This document shows positions 18,544 through 30,733 of a DNA stretch of 64,000 nucleotides, in pieces (position 1 is the first letter of the stretch; each line of letters opens with the position of its first letter). This DNA is from a virus, in IMG/VR virus record IMGVR_UViG_3300002835_000070, positions 1 through 64,000 of that record; one strand, 5' to 3'. The notes below the pieces were generated by a model that saw only the letters and a program-made list of their open reading frames with translations, had not been told where the DNA came from and searched no databases. Both the position numbers and the translations under genes were made by a program.

Positions 18544-19050
18544 ATGCAAGAAGTTTGGAAAGATATTAAAGATTTTGAGGGTTTTTATCAAGTTTCTAAT
18601 TTAGGGAATGTAAAAAGGTTGAAAGGAAAAGGTAGTGTTTCGGAAAGGTTATTGTGCCGTAAAATAGATAGGTATGGCTATGTAAAAAGGGTTTTATGTA
18701 GATATGGTAAATGTTTTTTCTTAACTGAACATAGATTAGTCGCTAACTCATTTATAGAAAATCCCGAAAATAAAGCAACAGTAAATCATATTAACGGAAT
18801 TAAGACTGACAATAGAGTAGAGAATTTAGAATGGAATACTCAATTAGAAAACAAACAAAACGCAGTCAATTCAGGTTTGACAAACTTAAAAGGTAATAAC
18901 CACCCAAGAAGTAAATTGACAGAAATTCAAGTTTTAGAAATTAAAGATGTTGGTTTGTCTAAAACAAAAACTTTTTTGTCTAAAAAATACGGTGTTTCAA
19001 GAATTACCATTTCAAGAATAATTAATAATGTAAATTGGAATCATATATAA
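18544..19050 (+). CDS. NUMOD4-HNH homing endonuclease
   Basis: EVWKDIKDFEGFYQVSNLGNVK, HRLVA..F, VNHINGIKTDNRVENLEW. Confidence 0.93.
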   Translation: MQEVWKDIKDFEGFYQVSNLGNVKRLKGKGSVSERLLCRKIDRYGYVKRVLCRYGKCFFLTEHRLVANSFIENPENKATVNHINGIKTDNRVENLEWNTQLENKQNAVNSGLTNLKGNNHPRSKLTEIQVLEIKDVGLSKTKTFLSKKYGVSRITISRIINNVNWNHI

Positions 19051-19052
19051 AT

Positions 19053-19088
19053 AAAAAAGCCACGCTATTTTAGTGTGGCTTTTTTTTT
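19053..19088. terminator. Bidirectional intrinsic terminator
   Basis: AAAAAAGCCACGCTA-TTT-TAGTGTGGCTTTTTTTT between convergent genes. Confidence 0.85.
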
Positions 19089-19104
19089 GTTAAATTGGTT
19101 GAGA

Positions 19105-19227
19105 TTATCCTCTTTTGAATAACCCTACTTTCCAAGCAACACCTAACAATAATACAATTTGAATTGTATTATGTACGTTGTTTCCGCCCAGCCAATTAGG
19201 ACTGTTGATGTCTAAAACTCCTGTCAT
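19105..19227 (-). CDS. 40-aa hydrophobic peptide (absent from the ORF track)
   Basis: MTGVLDINSPNWLGGNNVHNTIQIVLLLGVAWKVGLFKRG, with its own promoter and terminator. Confidence 0.65.
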   Translation of the reverse strand: MTGVLDINSPNWLGGNNVHNTIQIVLLLGVAWKVGLFKRG

Positions 19228-19259
19228 AATTTAAAGATTTAATTATTAATTAATAGTTA

Positions 19260-19267
19260 CAAATATA
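19260..19267 (-). promoter_or_regulatory. -7 promoter element for the small minus-strand gene
   Basis: Reverse complement reads TATATTTG. Confidence 0.55.
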
Positions 19268-19380
19268 ATTAAATATTTTTTACATTTACACTTTATTAAA
19301 ATTTTTTTATTATTTTTAAAATTGAATAATATAAAAGAACCAAATCGAATTGCACATAAAATCATTATATTTAATATGAT

Positions 19381-19411
19381 TTTGATAATTCGATTATTAT
19401 AAATATATTTG
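19381..19411 (+). promoter_or_regulatory. Bacteroidota -33/-7 promoter of the giant-protein block
   Basis: TTTG (19381-19384), 19-nt spacer, TATATTTG (19404-19411). Confidence 0.7.
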
Positions 19412-19418
19412 CTAAATA

Positions 19419-20663
19419 ATGTTTAAAGCTATGAAAAACAACCAATTAGATTATTCAGACTACTACGCAGACGGTGGTAAAGTTGACAAAGCAATTCCTC
19501 TTAACATAAGAAAACAAATCTACGATGCAGACGGAGAAAGAATAATTGACCCCGAAGCAATAGAAGTGCTTACTAACTACGCTGAAAATTTACCTCAAAC
19601 AAAAGACTTAAATACAAGCAAAACAACGGGAGAATATTATCCTGCAAGAAAAAAGCTACACGAAAAAATAATGGAATCTTTTAAAGAGGATTTGATTTGT
19701 ATTCAAAACGATGAGCCTATTGCTATTCTTATGGGTGGTTCTCCTGCAAGTGGGAAAAGTACATTTTTAAGAAAATACGCTCCTTACTTGTTAAAAGAAG
19801 AAATATTAAAAGTTGATGCTGACGAAATTAGAGCCAAACTACCTGAATACAAAGGTTGGAACGCTACTTCTACGCACCAAGAAACAAAAGATATTGTAAA
19901 TACACTTTTGAGTGACAGAACTATTGGTATTCCTTGTAAGTATGATATTATTTATGACGGAACTATGAATAGCACCAAGAGTTATTATCCACTAATTGCC
20001 CTATTGAAAAAATTGGGTTATAAAATATTTATCGTTTACATTGACAAAGTTGATGAGGCGGTAGTAAAAAAACGTGCTTTAGAAAGGTATAAAAAGAGTG
20101 GGCGATTTGTTCCTTTGGCGGTAATCGATGATTTCTTCACAAGGGGCAAAAGCGCACTTAATGAACTAAAAAGCAAAGCAGACGGGTATATGATTGTTGA
20201 CGGTTCAGGTGTAGATTATAATGTAATTGAGCGTGGAGGAATGAATTTACCTAAAAGACGTGCCTACTCAAAATTAGGTGTTCCAATTGCGGAATTAGAA
20301 AAACAACGTAAAATGGAATATGGCGGGAATACTTTTACTTTAAATGCTAAAAACCCAAAAAGTATTTCAGGAAGAAGCCTAACTCCACTACCTAAAATGA
20401 ATTACGGTTCTAATAGAAGTGTTTCAATGAGTGATAAGAAATTTGCTCAATGGTTATACGATAATGCTTTAGAAGAAGTAAAAGGCGATGATTATAGAAC
20501 GACTTTAGTTAAAGCGTTAAATCCAAGCAGACTTTCTCCTGCTGATTATGATTTCTTGAATTTGGTTCTTTTTGACCAAACCAATTGCAAGATAACCTAC
20601 GAAGACGGTGGTATTACCGAAAGTGGTACGCCTGACTATTTAGAAATGTTTTTAGGAAAATAG
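19419..20663 (+). CDS. Modular protein with a zeta-toxin-like P-loop kinase domain
   Basis: GGSPASGKST, DADEIR, IIYDGT; domain bounded by YYADGG and MEYGG; C-terminal YLEMFLGK. Confidence 0.88.
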   Translation: MFKAMKNNQLDYSDYYADGGKVDKAIPLNIRKQIYDADGERIIDPEAIEVLTNYAENLPQTKDLNTSKTTGEYYPARKKLHEKIMESFKEDLICIQNDEPIAILMGGSPASGKSTFLRKYAPYLLKEEILKVDADEIRAKLPEYKGWNATSTHQETKDIVNTLLSDRTIGIPCKYDIIYDGTMNSTKSYYPLIALLKKLGYKIFIVYIDKVDEAVVKKRALERYKKSGRFVPLAVIDDFFTRGKSALNELKSKADGYMIVDGSGVDYNVIERGGMNLPKRRAYSKLGVPIAELEKQRKMEYGGNTFTLNAKNPKSISGRSLTPLPKMNYGSNRSVSMSDKKFAQWLYDNALEEVKGDDYRTTLVKALNPSRLSPADYDFLNLVLFDQTNCKITYEDGGITESGTPDYLEMFLGK

Positions 20664-20667
20664 GTAT

Positions 20668-21585
20668 ATGAAAAATTTCGCCTTTATAATAGTAATTCAA
20701 AACATAAAAAATCCAAACTTAATTTTAAGTGGTGGGATTAAAAACAAGTATAAAGGTGCTTACAATAAAATTTTTGACATTTTAAATGAAGATTTTGTAT
20801 TTGTTGAATTTGGAAGCGAAGATGAAGAGTTAATTGGAAATGATTTTTATTTATATTTTAATCTCACTCCTGATTTAGAAAAATTACATAGAATAACTAA
20901 AATACCAAATGTGAAAATAATCAGTCAAACATATAGTCAAGGAGGGTTAATAGCACCTAACGGAAAGCCAAGCAATCTAAATGCTACGCAGTATGAATTA
21001 GTTCGTACAACTGACTTTAAAAAGTGGTTTGGGGATTGGGAAAACGACCCTGATAATGCGAGTAAAGTTGTTGACGATAATGGAGAGCCTTTAGTTGTTT
21101 ATCATAATTCTAATATAGAATTTAATGTATTTGAATTAAAAGGATTATCTGATGGTTTTTTCTTTACAAAAAACATTGAAGATGAAGAATTTTCACAAAA
21201 AGGGTGGTTAAAATCTGAAGGTTTAACATACGAACAAGCAATAAAAAAAGGTTATGATTTAAAATACGAAAAAGTAAAACCTTACTTTTTAAATATAAAA
21301 CAATTTTTTACAGAAAAAAATGTTAAAAAACAATTTTGGAGTACACCTTATTTTGAAAATAGGGTTATTGAGTTTTCAAAAAGAAATAAAAAAAATGATG
21401 GGGTTGAATTTTTACGAGAAATAGATAACAAGCAAATAATAGTTGCTTTTTATCCAAACCAAATTAAACTTGCTGACGGAACGAATACTAAATTTGATTC
21501 AAGTAGTGACGACATAAGATTTGAGCAAGGTGGCGAAAATAAAAGCGGTACGCCTAATTATTTAAGAATGTTTTTAGGAAAATAG
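20668..21585 (+). CDS. Polyvalent-protein-type ADP-ribosyltransferase-like module protein
   Basis: FKKWFGDWE...SKVVD.NGEPLVVYH...GFFF...FLNIK...AF.PNQIK; C-terminal YLRMFLGK. Confidence 0.75.
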   Translation: MKNFAFIIVIQNIKNPNLILSGGIKNKYKGAYNKIFDILNEDFVFVEFGSEDEELIGNDFYLYFNLTPDLEKLHRITKIPNVKIISQTYSQGGLIAPNGKPSNLNATQYELVRTTDFKKWFGDWENDPDNASKVVDDNGEPLVVYHNSNIEFNVFELKGLSDGFFFTKNIEDEEFSQKGWLKSEGLTYEQAIKKGYDLKYEKVKPYFLNIKQFFTEKNVKKQFWSTPYFENRVIEFSKRNKKNDGVEFLREIDNKQIIVAFYPNQIKLADGTNTKFDSSSDDIRFEQGGENKSGTPNYLRMFLGK

Positions 21586-21589
21586 GAAT

Positions 21590-23884
21590 ATGAAAAACGA
21601 GTTATTAGCACCTAACGGAAAGCCAAGCAATCTAAATGCAACCCAATACAAATTGGTTCGCACACCTGCGTTTAAAAATTGGTTTGGGGATTGGGAAAAC
21701 GACCCTGCTAATTCGAGTAAAGTTGTTGATGAGAACGGAGAGCCTTTGGTTGTTTATCATAGGACTAAAACAAAGTTTTATGAGTTTAATTCAGGTTCAA
21801 ATCTTATTGGGTGGTTAGGCAGAGGTTTTTATTTTTCTCCAAACAAAAACGAATTTAAGGAATACGGAAGAAGCGTTTTGAGTTGTTTTTTAAACATAAA
21901 AAATTTATTTGTATCTAAAGGCGAAGATGATGGATATTTGTTTAGCGAAGTTAAATCAATGAATAAAAGTAATGTTTTCAATGAAATAGATATTTCTCAA
22001 ACATTAAAAGAAAATGGCTATAATGGCGTTTTATTAAAACATTGGGATAGAGGTGTTATAATCAATTGTTTTGAGCCAAACCAAATAAAACTTGCTGACG
22101 GAACTAATACAGAATTTGATTCGAGCAGTAATGATATTAGATTTGATATGGGTGGTACTATTTTATTAGCACCTAATGGAAAACGAAGCAATCTAAATGC
22201 CGAGCAATATAAATTGGTTCGCACTCCTGCGTTTAAAAAATGGTTTGGAGATTGGGAAAACGACCCTGCTAATGCGAGTAAAGTAGTTGACAGAAATGGA
22301 GAACCTTTGGTTGTATATCACGGAACAAATACCGATTTTACAATATTCAGTTTAGAAAAAGTTGGGTCAAATGTAGATTATGGAATGTGGGGAAGTGGAT
22401 TTTACTTTTCTCCTTTGAGGTCATTTAGCAAAAATTATGGTAGTAGGTTATTAAAATTATTTTTAAATATTAGAAATCCATTTGTAAAGAATCCAAACAT
22501 TCAAGGAAGTAAGTCACAATTCAAGCCTGTTTACGGCAAGGAAGCATCTCTTAATTTAAGAAATGAAATATTGTCATATAATTATGACGGGGTTTTACAA
22601 TTTGAATCAGGAGAGAAAAACCCGCTTACTCAAATTATTGCATTTGAGCCAAACCAAATAAAACTTGCTGACGGAACTAATTTAACTTTTGATTCGGAGA
22701 ATGACGACATAAGATTTGAGCGAGGCGGGGAATTAAAAGCAGAAGATATGTTAAAGCACCCTTTGACAATCAAAAGATTACAAGACCTTGACGATAATGA
22801 TGGGTATTGGGTTAATCAGTATCACGCCAAAACAAAGAACTATAAACCAAATACCTATTACCATTTAAACACAAATAGTGGTCTTAATGCAGGTGTTGGA
22901 AAAGGCTTGTATCTTGGTAGAGATAAAGATGCTTTAATTTCATTTTATGATTTAGAGGGCGAAAATAAAACAGTAGATACTTATGTCGGAAATCCAAATT
23001 GGTTCGATTTAATGGACTATGCCGATTATGACCGATATGAACAAGAAGCGATTAGAAAATATGGTAAAAACTATGTTTCAAAAAACTCTATTTCTGATAT
23101 AGACATTAGAGGCGAAATGTTGAGAAAACTTGCTATTGAAAAAGGGTTTGACGGAATAAGATATTATGACCCTCAAGCAACAGGCGAAGAGTTTGTTTTG
23201 TTTGACGTAAAAAAGGTAAAAAAAATTGATGACGATTTTAGATTCAAAAATGGTGGTCGTACAGTAGCACAAACACCCGCACCGAAGAAAGACCGTGTGT
23301 ATGGAAGCGATTTGAACAAAAATAATTCTTCAAAAAGCGTATCAAGCGCAAAAATGATTAAATTTGACGAAAATACGCTTGAAGCTATAAAAAATAAAGT
23401 TCAAACACATAATGAGCAATACCCTGATAAAAAAATAAATTTGTCAAGTGCTAAAGCAGTTGTCCGTAGAGGAATGGGTGCTTATTCAAGTTCGCATAGA
23501 CCAACTATTTCAGGTGGAAAACCAAATAGTAGAGTTGCTTGGGGATTGGCAAGATTAAACGCCTTTACATACAAAATTGTAAACGGTAAAAGCAAGTCAG
23601 GAAAATACAGTCAAGATGATGATTTGATTGAAGAATTAGGGTTTAAGGTTGCTGATTATAAAAATGGTGGAGAAATGAGTAAAGATATAAGATGTATCAA
23701 CTGCGGTTGGGAATGGGATAGAAAAGATTCAGAATTATGGGATATGTACGTTTGTCATAAATGCGGTTTTGACAACACATCGTTTTACACTTCTGACCCA
23801 ATTAATCAGTTGTTAAAAGGTGGTAGATTAAATTCAAATAAAGGAGTTAATCCTGAATATTTAAAAATGTTTTTAGGCAAATAG
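21590..23884 (+). CDS. Modular polyvalent protein: 2-3 ART-like modules, DUF5824-like module, Zn finger
   Basis: Two APNGK.SNL...FK.WFGDWE...PNQIK repeats; RRGMGAYSSSHRP...WGLARLNAF; CINC/CHKC; modules separated by FxxGG. Confidence 0.75.
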   Translation: MKNELLAPNGKPSNLNATQYKLVRTPAFKNWFGDWENDPANSSKVVDENGEPLVVYHRTKTKFYEFNSGSNLIGWLGRGFYFSPNKNEFKEYGRSVLSCFLNIKNLFVSKGEDDGYLFSEVKSMNKSNVFNEIDISQTLKENGYNGVLLKHWDRGVIINCFEPNQIKLADGTNTEFDSSSNDIRFDMGGTILLAPNGKRSNLNAEQYKLVRTPAFKKWFGDWENDPANASKVVDRNGEPLVVYHGTNTDFTIFSLEKVGSNVDYGMWGSGFYFSPLRSFSKNYGSRLLKLFLNIRNPFVKNPNIQGSKSQFKPVYGKEASLNLRNEILSYNYDGVLQFESGEKNPLTQIIAFEPNQIKLADGTNLTFDSENDDIRFERGGELKAEDMLKHPLTIKRLQDLDDNDGYWVNQYHAKTKNYKPNTYYHLNTNSGLNAGVGKGLYLGRDKDALISFYDLEGENKTVDTYVGNPNWFDLMDYADYDRYEQEAIRKYGKNYVSKNSISDIDIRGEMLRKLAIEKGFDGIRYYDPQATGEEFVLFDVKKVKKIDDDFRFKNGGRTVAQTPAPKKDRVYGSDLNKNNSSKSVSSAKMIKFDENTLEAIKNKVQTHNEQYPDKKINLSSAKAVVRRGMGAYSSSHRPTISGGKPNSRVAWGLARLNAFTYKIVNGKSKSGKYSQDDDLIEELGFKVADYKNGGEMSKDIRCINCGWEWDRKDSELWDMYVCHKCGFDNTSFYTSDPINQLLKGGRLNSNKGVNPEYLKMFLGK

Positions 23885-23918
23885 CGTTATCGTAAAATAT
23901 AAAAAAATATATTTAAGA

Positions 23919-26900
23919 ATGAAAAAAGGTAATATAGAGTTAACTCAAGAAGATGCAGAAAATACACCTGCGGGTGGAGTTGTAGTTGGTAAAAGAGATG
24001 GTCAAACTATGATTTATGACGATGCTTCTCTTGGCGGATATTTTGTGGGTAAACTACATAAAGACGGTGGAATTAAAATGATTAATAAGTCAACGGGTCA
24101 GCCTCTTGAGGTACAAGGAAGTGAAATAATTATTACCGCTCCTGCCGTTAATGACCAAACAAAACGTGAATTTGAGGGTAAGATGATGACTAATCGTGAA
24201 ATACTTTCAAAGATTAATTCAGACGGTGGTGGGGTTTCGTTTGCTGATGGTGGCGATATTCCTGCTAAAATTCACACTACTGATAAAGAGTATGAGTATG
24301 GAGGTAAAATGGTTCACGATTCGGACATAGCACATTCATTAGGTATGAATTCTACTTTGAAAAAAGGAAAGCAACATTTTTCTTCAGGAGATACAACTTA
24401 TGACGTAGATGCTATTTACAATGCTATTAAAAAAGGTAAACTTCGTTTAAAAACAAAAGAGGTTGAAACTTTTGCTATGAAGTACCCTGTGTACGACAAA
24501 AAATATAGCGAAACCGTTAAAACTGATTTCCGAAAACCAAACGGAATAATGGTTCGCTTGGAAAATGGCGAAGAAGTTCTGATTGACGGTAATCATAGAA
24601 TGAACAATGCCTACTTAAAAGGCAAGAAAACTATAAAAACTTATTACATCGAAGACCCAAAACAAATCGCCAAGTTTACCAAAAAGAATAAATTTGAGTT
24701 AGGTGGCGAAAATAAAGTTGGAGGTCATTTATCAAAAAACAAATCATTGAAGCAAATTGCAGAAATGCACAACGTTTCTTTGGCTCACATCAACGAAGAA
24801 ATTGCTAAAGGATTGGAAGTAGAGAAAGAACACTTTGCTGACTTCAAAGAGCGCACAAGAGTTGCTAAAGACCATTTAGTTGAAAATCCTAACTATTATA
24901 CTATTCTTGCTAAAGTAGGTCTAAAAGACGGTGGACATTTAAGACATCACAGACATAGTGATAATTTAGTTAAAGACGCTAAAAGCGGAAATACACCTGC
25001 GAGAGATTTGAACAACTACAATGACTTGTTAGATGTTCAGGCTGACGGTGCGGTTGGTGGGGATAGTGGTATTTACGCCAATGGCGGTGTAACGCCTTAT
25101 GATGCGAACCAAGAGGGAGATTCTGTTGATGTTGTTGAAGATGAATTCGCAAAAGGCGGAGTGGTTTACGATACAACAAAACCAACAGTTGATAAAATTA
25201 CGATTAGAGAAACTAAATATGATGGAGGTTCAAATTTATATTCAGGTTTAAGGGAAAATATTGTCGGAAAAGAAGCGACCAATATTTCTTATTTTATAAA
25301 TTTAATTAAAGATTATGTTGGACAAAACCCAATAGAAGAAACAGATTGGATTAGTTTCTATGTTAATGACGGAAAAAGAGGTAATTATTATATAGACTTA
25401 AATAAAGACAAGAAAAATACAGTTAAAAATGTTAATCCAAAAACGGGTGGTGGTAATGACATAAAAAGAGTCATTGATGCTAAAACGTATTTAGTTAAAA
25501 ACTATGATTGGACTGAATTTTTTGGAGGTCAAAGAACCAAAAAAGATAATTCAGTAATAAGAATATCAGTTAGCTATGATAGTAAAAATATATCAAATTC
25601 AAGTAATCTAAAATTGACTAATAATACTCTTGAACTTTATAATTTTTTAAGAGGTTTACACATTGGGGATTATGAAAATATAAAGTTACAACCGATTGGA
25701 AATGCTTTAGGTGTTGACCCTATTGAAGTTAATTTAAGCACATTTAGTTGGGACAATCTTTTAATGATGTCGCCCCAAGAAACTGCGGTAAAAGAAATAA
25801 ATAGAATTTTGTATGGGCTTTTCCCTAATTTGAATTTCGATAAATTTGTTAAAAGCGAACCTAATTCAAATGCTTCAAAAGAACTTGATTTAACAGACAC
25901 TAAAGTTTGGATTGGAGATGACCCTAAACTTTCTGAAGAAATTCAGAAAGCGGTATTTAGTCTTGGTTGGACTTGGAGTGGACGTAAAGAGGTAAAATTT
26001 ACTGATGCGAAATATTTGATTTTTAATTCGGGGAAATTTATTGGGTACAGAGCAAGTGGTACAAGAAATGATTTCGATTCAAATACAAGTAAAGAATTAA
26101 ACCCTCAAGATATTTTGTTGGCTAAAAAACCAACTATTACAACTACTCAATCACAATATCCTGAATATTATGAGTTTGTAGATGATACTCGTAATAGTTT
26201 TACTAAAGGTAAAATTTATAAAGTTAGAAACCCAAAAGATATTGAAGCGGGGGAAAATTTCATAGATGATAACGGTATTACAAACGGTTTTAGCGGTAAT
26301 AATGCCAAATATTTCAAACCGTCAACAGAACAAGCGTTTTTAGCGCAACAATCGGGTACTTCAGCTTCGGCTAAATCTTTTGATTTTACTGATACCAAAA
26401 TAGATGTTAAAAACAATCCTGCGTTATCAATAAGAGTTCAGAAACAAGCCTTTGAAAATGGTTGGGAATGGGAGAGTGGAAAAGGAAAAAATATTGATTT
26501 AGACCCTTTTAATTATTTGTACTTTACAAAGAAAAGTATTTCAGAGGGTAGTGGTATAAGTAGCTTTAATAATAGCCCTAAAAGAGAAATAACCGAAGAG
26601 GAAATATTCGGAGGTCAAAAAAACGTTTTGGCTCAAACGCAATATCCTGAATATTATGAGTTTATAGAAAATTTTTTTAGCAATAGTTTTACTAAAGGCA
26701 AAATTTATAAAATTAAAAACCCAAAAGACTTACACGCATCTAATAATTTTGTTAATGATTCAGGTCTGCCTGACGGCTATGGTACTTTAAATGACAAATA
26801 TTTTAAACCGTCAACAGAAGAGGCGTTTTTAGCGCAACAGAATGATGATAAGATAACTAAATTTAACGTAGTTGTAGAGAATAGTAGTTATCCCGATATT

Positions 26901-28964
26901 GAAGTAAATAATGTTTTGGAATTGTTCTCTGCTTTACAAACAAGAGTAGGTTGGGATTCTACAATTCTTTTAAAATATAAAACTCCAAAAGGGGAAAGTA
27001 AAAAATTTGGTCTTTATTTTAGAAACAATCCTGATGAGTATTACGAATTAAAAAGAGAAAACGGTAAATTAGATTTTGACGTAAATTATCTTTCTAATAA
27101 AGTAAAAGAATGGTTTCCAAATGAAGTTTCGGATAAGTTCTTTAAAAACGCACTTACTACTTCTAATATAGATAAAGAAATAACTTCGGTAGATTTAAGT
27201 TATGAAGTAAATGGAAATCCTACATATTATAGTGGTTTAACTACGGGAAAAGACTTTATAGAAGCAATAAACAACGTTGAACAATACAATCCAAATCAAG
27301 ATGTTGAAGTAAGATTTAGTTTCAATTACAAAGAACAAAATATTACAGGTGGTTTTTCGAGAGAATCATCAGTAAGATACTTTACATTTGGAAAGGGTGC
27401 TTTTAAACCAAGCAATTGGACTGTTTCTGAAATTAAATCAATTGTTCAAGATGATTGGCTTGATAATGAATATGATTTTGATAAATTTTTCAGCGATATT
27501 GTGTCTGTGGGTTCAACCAAAGGTTCTAATTTAGCACCTTACGAAGCGTCAAAAGTTATTCTTGAATGGAAAAATAAATTAGGAATACTTGTTTATAGAA
27601 TTTTTATTACTGAAAATTTATTATCGGGACAAGAATTTATAGATGAATTAAAAAGTATAGAAAAAGAATTAGGTGTTAATGATGTTGAAGTTAAAATAAC
27701 TGCCTATGCTAAAGATAGTAAAGGAAATGAATTTGATAGAATAACGGAATTTACGATTGGAGAAAATTGGTTTCAACCAAGCACAAGAACAAATGAGCAA
27801 ATAAAATCAATTGTTGAAAACGAATGGATTGACGGAATCAATTTTGATAAATTTTTTCAAGAAGCGCAAACGCCTACTTCAAATTCTGTCGTACCAAAAA
27901 CTGCTAACGATGAGAAATTTACAGATTTTAAAGAAGTAGTTGGTAAATTAGAGGGTTTTGCTTCAAAAGCATCAGAAAAGTACAATACTAAAAAATACGA
28001 AGAAAGTTTAGAATTATTAAACGAAGTTAAAGATGATTACGCTCTTGCTTTAAGTTTTACTCCTGAAAGTTCTTTTATGTACGAGCGTATTGAATTGATG
28101 AAAAAAATAGCAGAAGTTCAAAAGGAAATCACGAGAATTACCGAACTTAAAAGCGGTGGTGCTTACTATATTTTATCTAAAGTTATTGAACGATTAGAAA
28201 AAGGCGAAGATTGGAAAGAATCAGGTAGAGGCGAAATAGTGACAAATGAAGTTCCGCAACAAGAAATAGATTCTGTTATTCATACAGAGAAGTTTAAAAA
28301 TTGGTTTGGAAATTGGGAAAAAGCATTAATTACAAAAGAATACGACTATGTTAGTAAAGCTATAACAGAAATCGGAAAGCCTTGTGTAATGTATCACGGT
28401 GCTAAACGTATCAAGTTTTCTTATAGACAAGTTAGTAATGGGGTTTTATATTTGGCTGAAAATAGAAGCTATGCTGAATGGTTTAGTGCAAACGAAAGTC
28501 CATATCAGAAACAAGGGGATTATTTAACGCAATGTTTCGTGAATATTAAAAACCCAATTGACTTAACGCCTCTTGGTGTAGAAGAATTGGATTTAAGAGA
28601 TATAATTCAGTTTATCGACTCTTCATATCCCCTTGCTAAAATATACGATGTTTTAGACCCTCGTATATCTATGGCAATTATGAATAACAATTTAATTGGT
28701 TTAAATGTAAGGGCTTGGAATATTATAAGACAATATCCTGAATTTAACTCTCACATTAGAGATAATACAACTTATGACGGATTCATTTATTATGAGAATA
28801 ACCCATCTGACAAAATAATTAATGAAATCACAGGGGAATTAGAAGATAAAGTAACAAAAGCAACTGCCGTGTTTAATTCAAATCAAGTAAAATTGGTAGA
28901 TGCTATGTTGTTTGATTCGTCATTAGACGATTGGAGATTTGAAACGGGAGGAAAAGTAAATTAA
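23919..28964 (+). CDS. Giant polyvalent protein (ParB-like, DUF5661-like, internal repeats, C-terminal ART-like module)
   Basis: LIDGNHR; KGLEVEKEH...AKDHLVENPNYY; duplicated QYPEYYEF...SFTKGKIYK...YFKPSTE; FKNWFGNWE...MYHG. Confidence 0.75.
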   Translation: MKKGNIELTQEDAENTPAGGVVVGKRDGQTMIYDDASLGGYFVGKLHKDGGIKMINKSTGQPLEVQGSEIIITAPAVNDQTKREFEGKMMTNREILSKINSDGGGVSFADGGDIPAKIHTTDKEYEYGGKMVHDSDIAHSLGMNSTLKKGKQHFSSGDTTYDVDAIYNAIKKGKLRLKTKEVETFAMKYPVYDKKYSETVKTDFRKPNGIMVRLENGEEVLIDGNHRMNNAYLKGKKTIKTYYIEDPKQIAKFTKKNKFELGGENKVGGHLSKNKSLKQIAEMHNVSLAHINEEIAKGLEVEKEHFADFKERTRVAKDHLVENPNYYTILAKVGLKDGGHLRHHRHSDNLVKDAKSGNTPARDLNNYNDLLDVQADGAVGGDSGIYANGGVTPYDANQEGDSVDVVEDEFAKGGVVYDTTKPTVDKITIRETKYDGGSNLYSGLRENIVGKEATNISYFINLIKDYVGQNPIEETDWISFYVNDGKRGNYYIDLNKDKKNTVKNVNPKTGGGNDIKRVIDAKTYLVKNYDWTEFFGGQRTKKDNSVIRISVSYDSKNISNSSNLKLTNNTLELYNFLRGLHIGDYENIKLQPIGNALGVDPIEVNLSTFSWDNLLMMSPQETAVKEINRILYGLFPNLNFDKFVKSEPNSNASKELDLTDTKVWIGDDPKLSEEIQKAVFSLGWTWSGRKEVKFTDAKYLIFNSGKFIGYRASGTRNDFDSNTSKELNPQDILLAKKPTITTTQSQYPEYYEFVDDTRNSFTKGKIYKVRNPKDIEAGENFIDDNGITNGFSGNNAKYFKPSTEQAFLAQQSGTSASAKSFDFTDTKIDVKNNPALSIRVQKQAFENGWEWESGKGKNIDLDPFNYLYFTKKSISEGSGISSFNNSPKREITEEEIFGGQKNVLAQTQYPEYYEFIENFFSNSFTKGKIYKIKNPKDLHASNNFVNDSGLPDGYGTLNDKYFKPSTEEAFLAQQNDDKITKFNVVVENSSYPDIEVNNVLELFSALQTRVGWDSTILLKYKTPKGESKKFGLYFRNNPDEYYELKRENGKLDFDVNYLSNKVKEWFPNEVSDKFFKNALTTSNIDKEITSVDLSYEVNGNPTYYSGLTTGKDFIEAINNVEQYNPNQDVEVRFSFNYKEQNITGGFSRESSVRYFTFGKGAFKPSNWTVSEIKSIVQDDWLDNEYDFDKFFSDIVSVGSTKGSNLAPYEASKVILEWKNKLGILVYRIFITENLLSGQEFIDELKSIEKELGVNDVEVKITAYAKDSKGNEFDRITEFTIGENWFQPSTRTNEQIKSIVENEWIDGINFDKFFQEAQTPTSNSVVPKTANDEKFTDFKEVVGKLEGFASKASEKYNTKKYEESLELLNEVKDDYALALSFTPESSFMYERIELMKKIAEVQKEITRITELKSGGAYYILSKVIERLEKGEDWKESGRGEIVTNEVPQQEIDSVIHTEKFKNWFGNWEKALITKEYDYVSKAITEIGKPCVMYHGAKRIKFSYRQVSNGVLYLAENRSYAEWFSANESPYQKQGDYLTQCFVNIKNPIDLTPLGVEELDLRDIIQFIDSSYPLAKIYDVLDPRISMAIMNNNLIGLNVRAWNIIRQYPEFNSHIRDNTTYDGFIYYENNPSDKIINEITGELEDKVTKATAVFNSNQVKLVDAMLFDSSLDDWRFETGGKVN

Positions 28965-28972
28965 TAAAAAAA

Positions 28973-30732
<1,760 letters not shown>

Positions 30733-30733
<1 letters not shown>

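Noticed and set aside
20661-23884. TAG read-through or recoding fusing the three YLxMFLGK genes
   Set aside because: Downstream genes are out of frame (gaps of 4, 4 and 34 nt), and very long ORFs are intact under the standard code.
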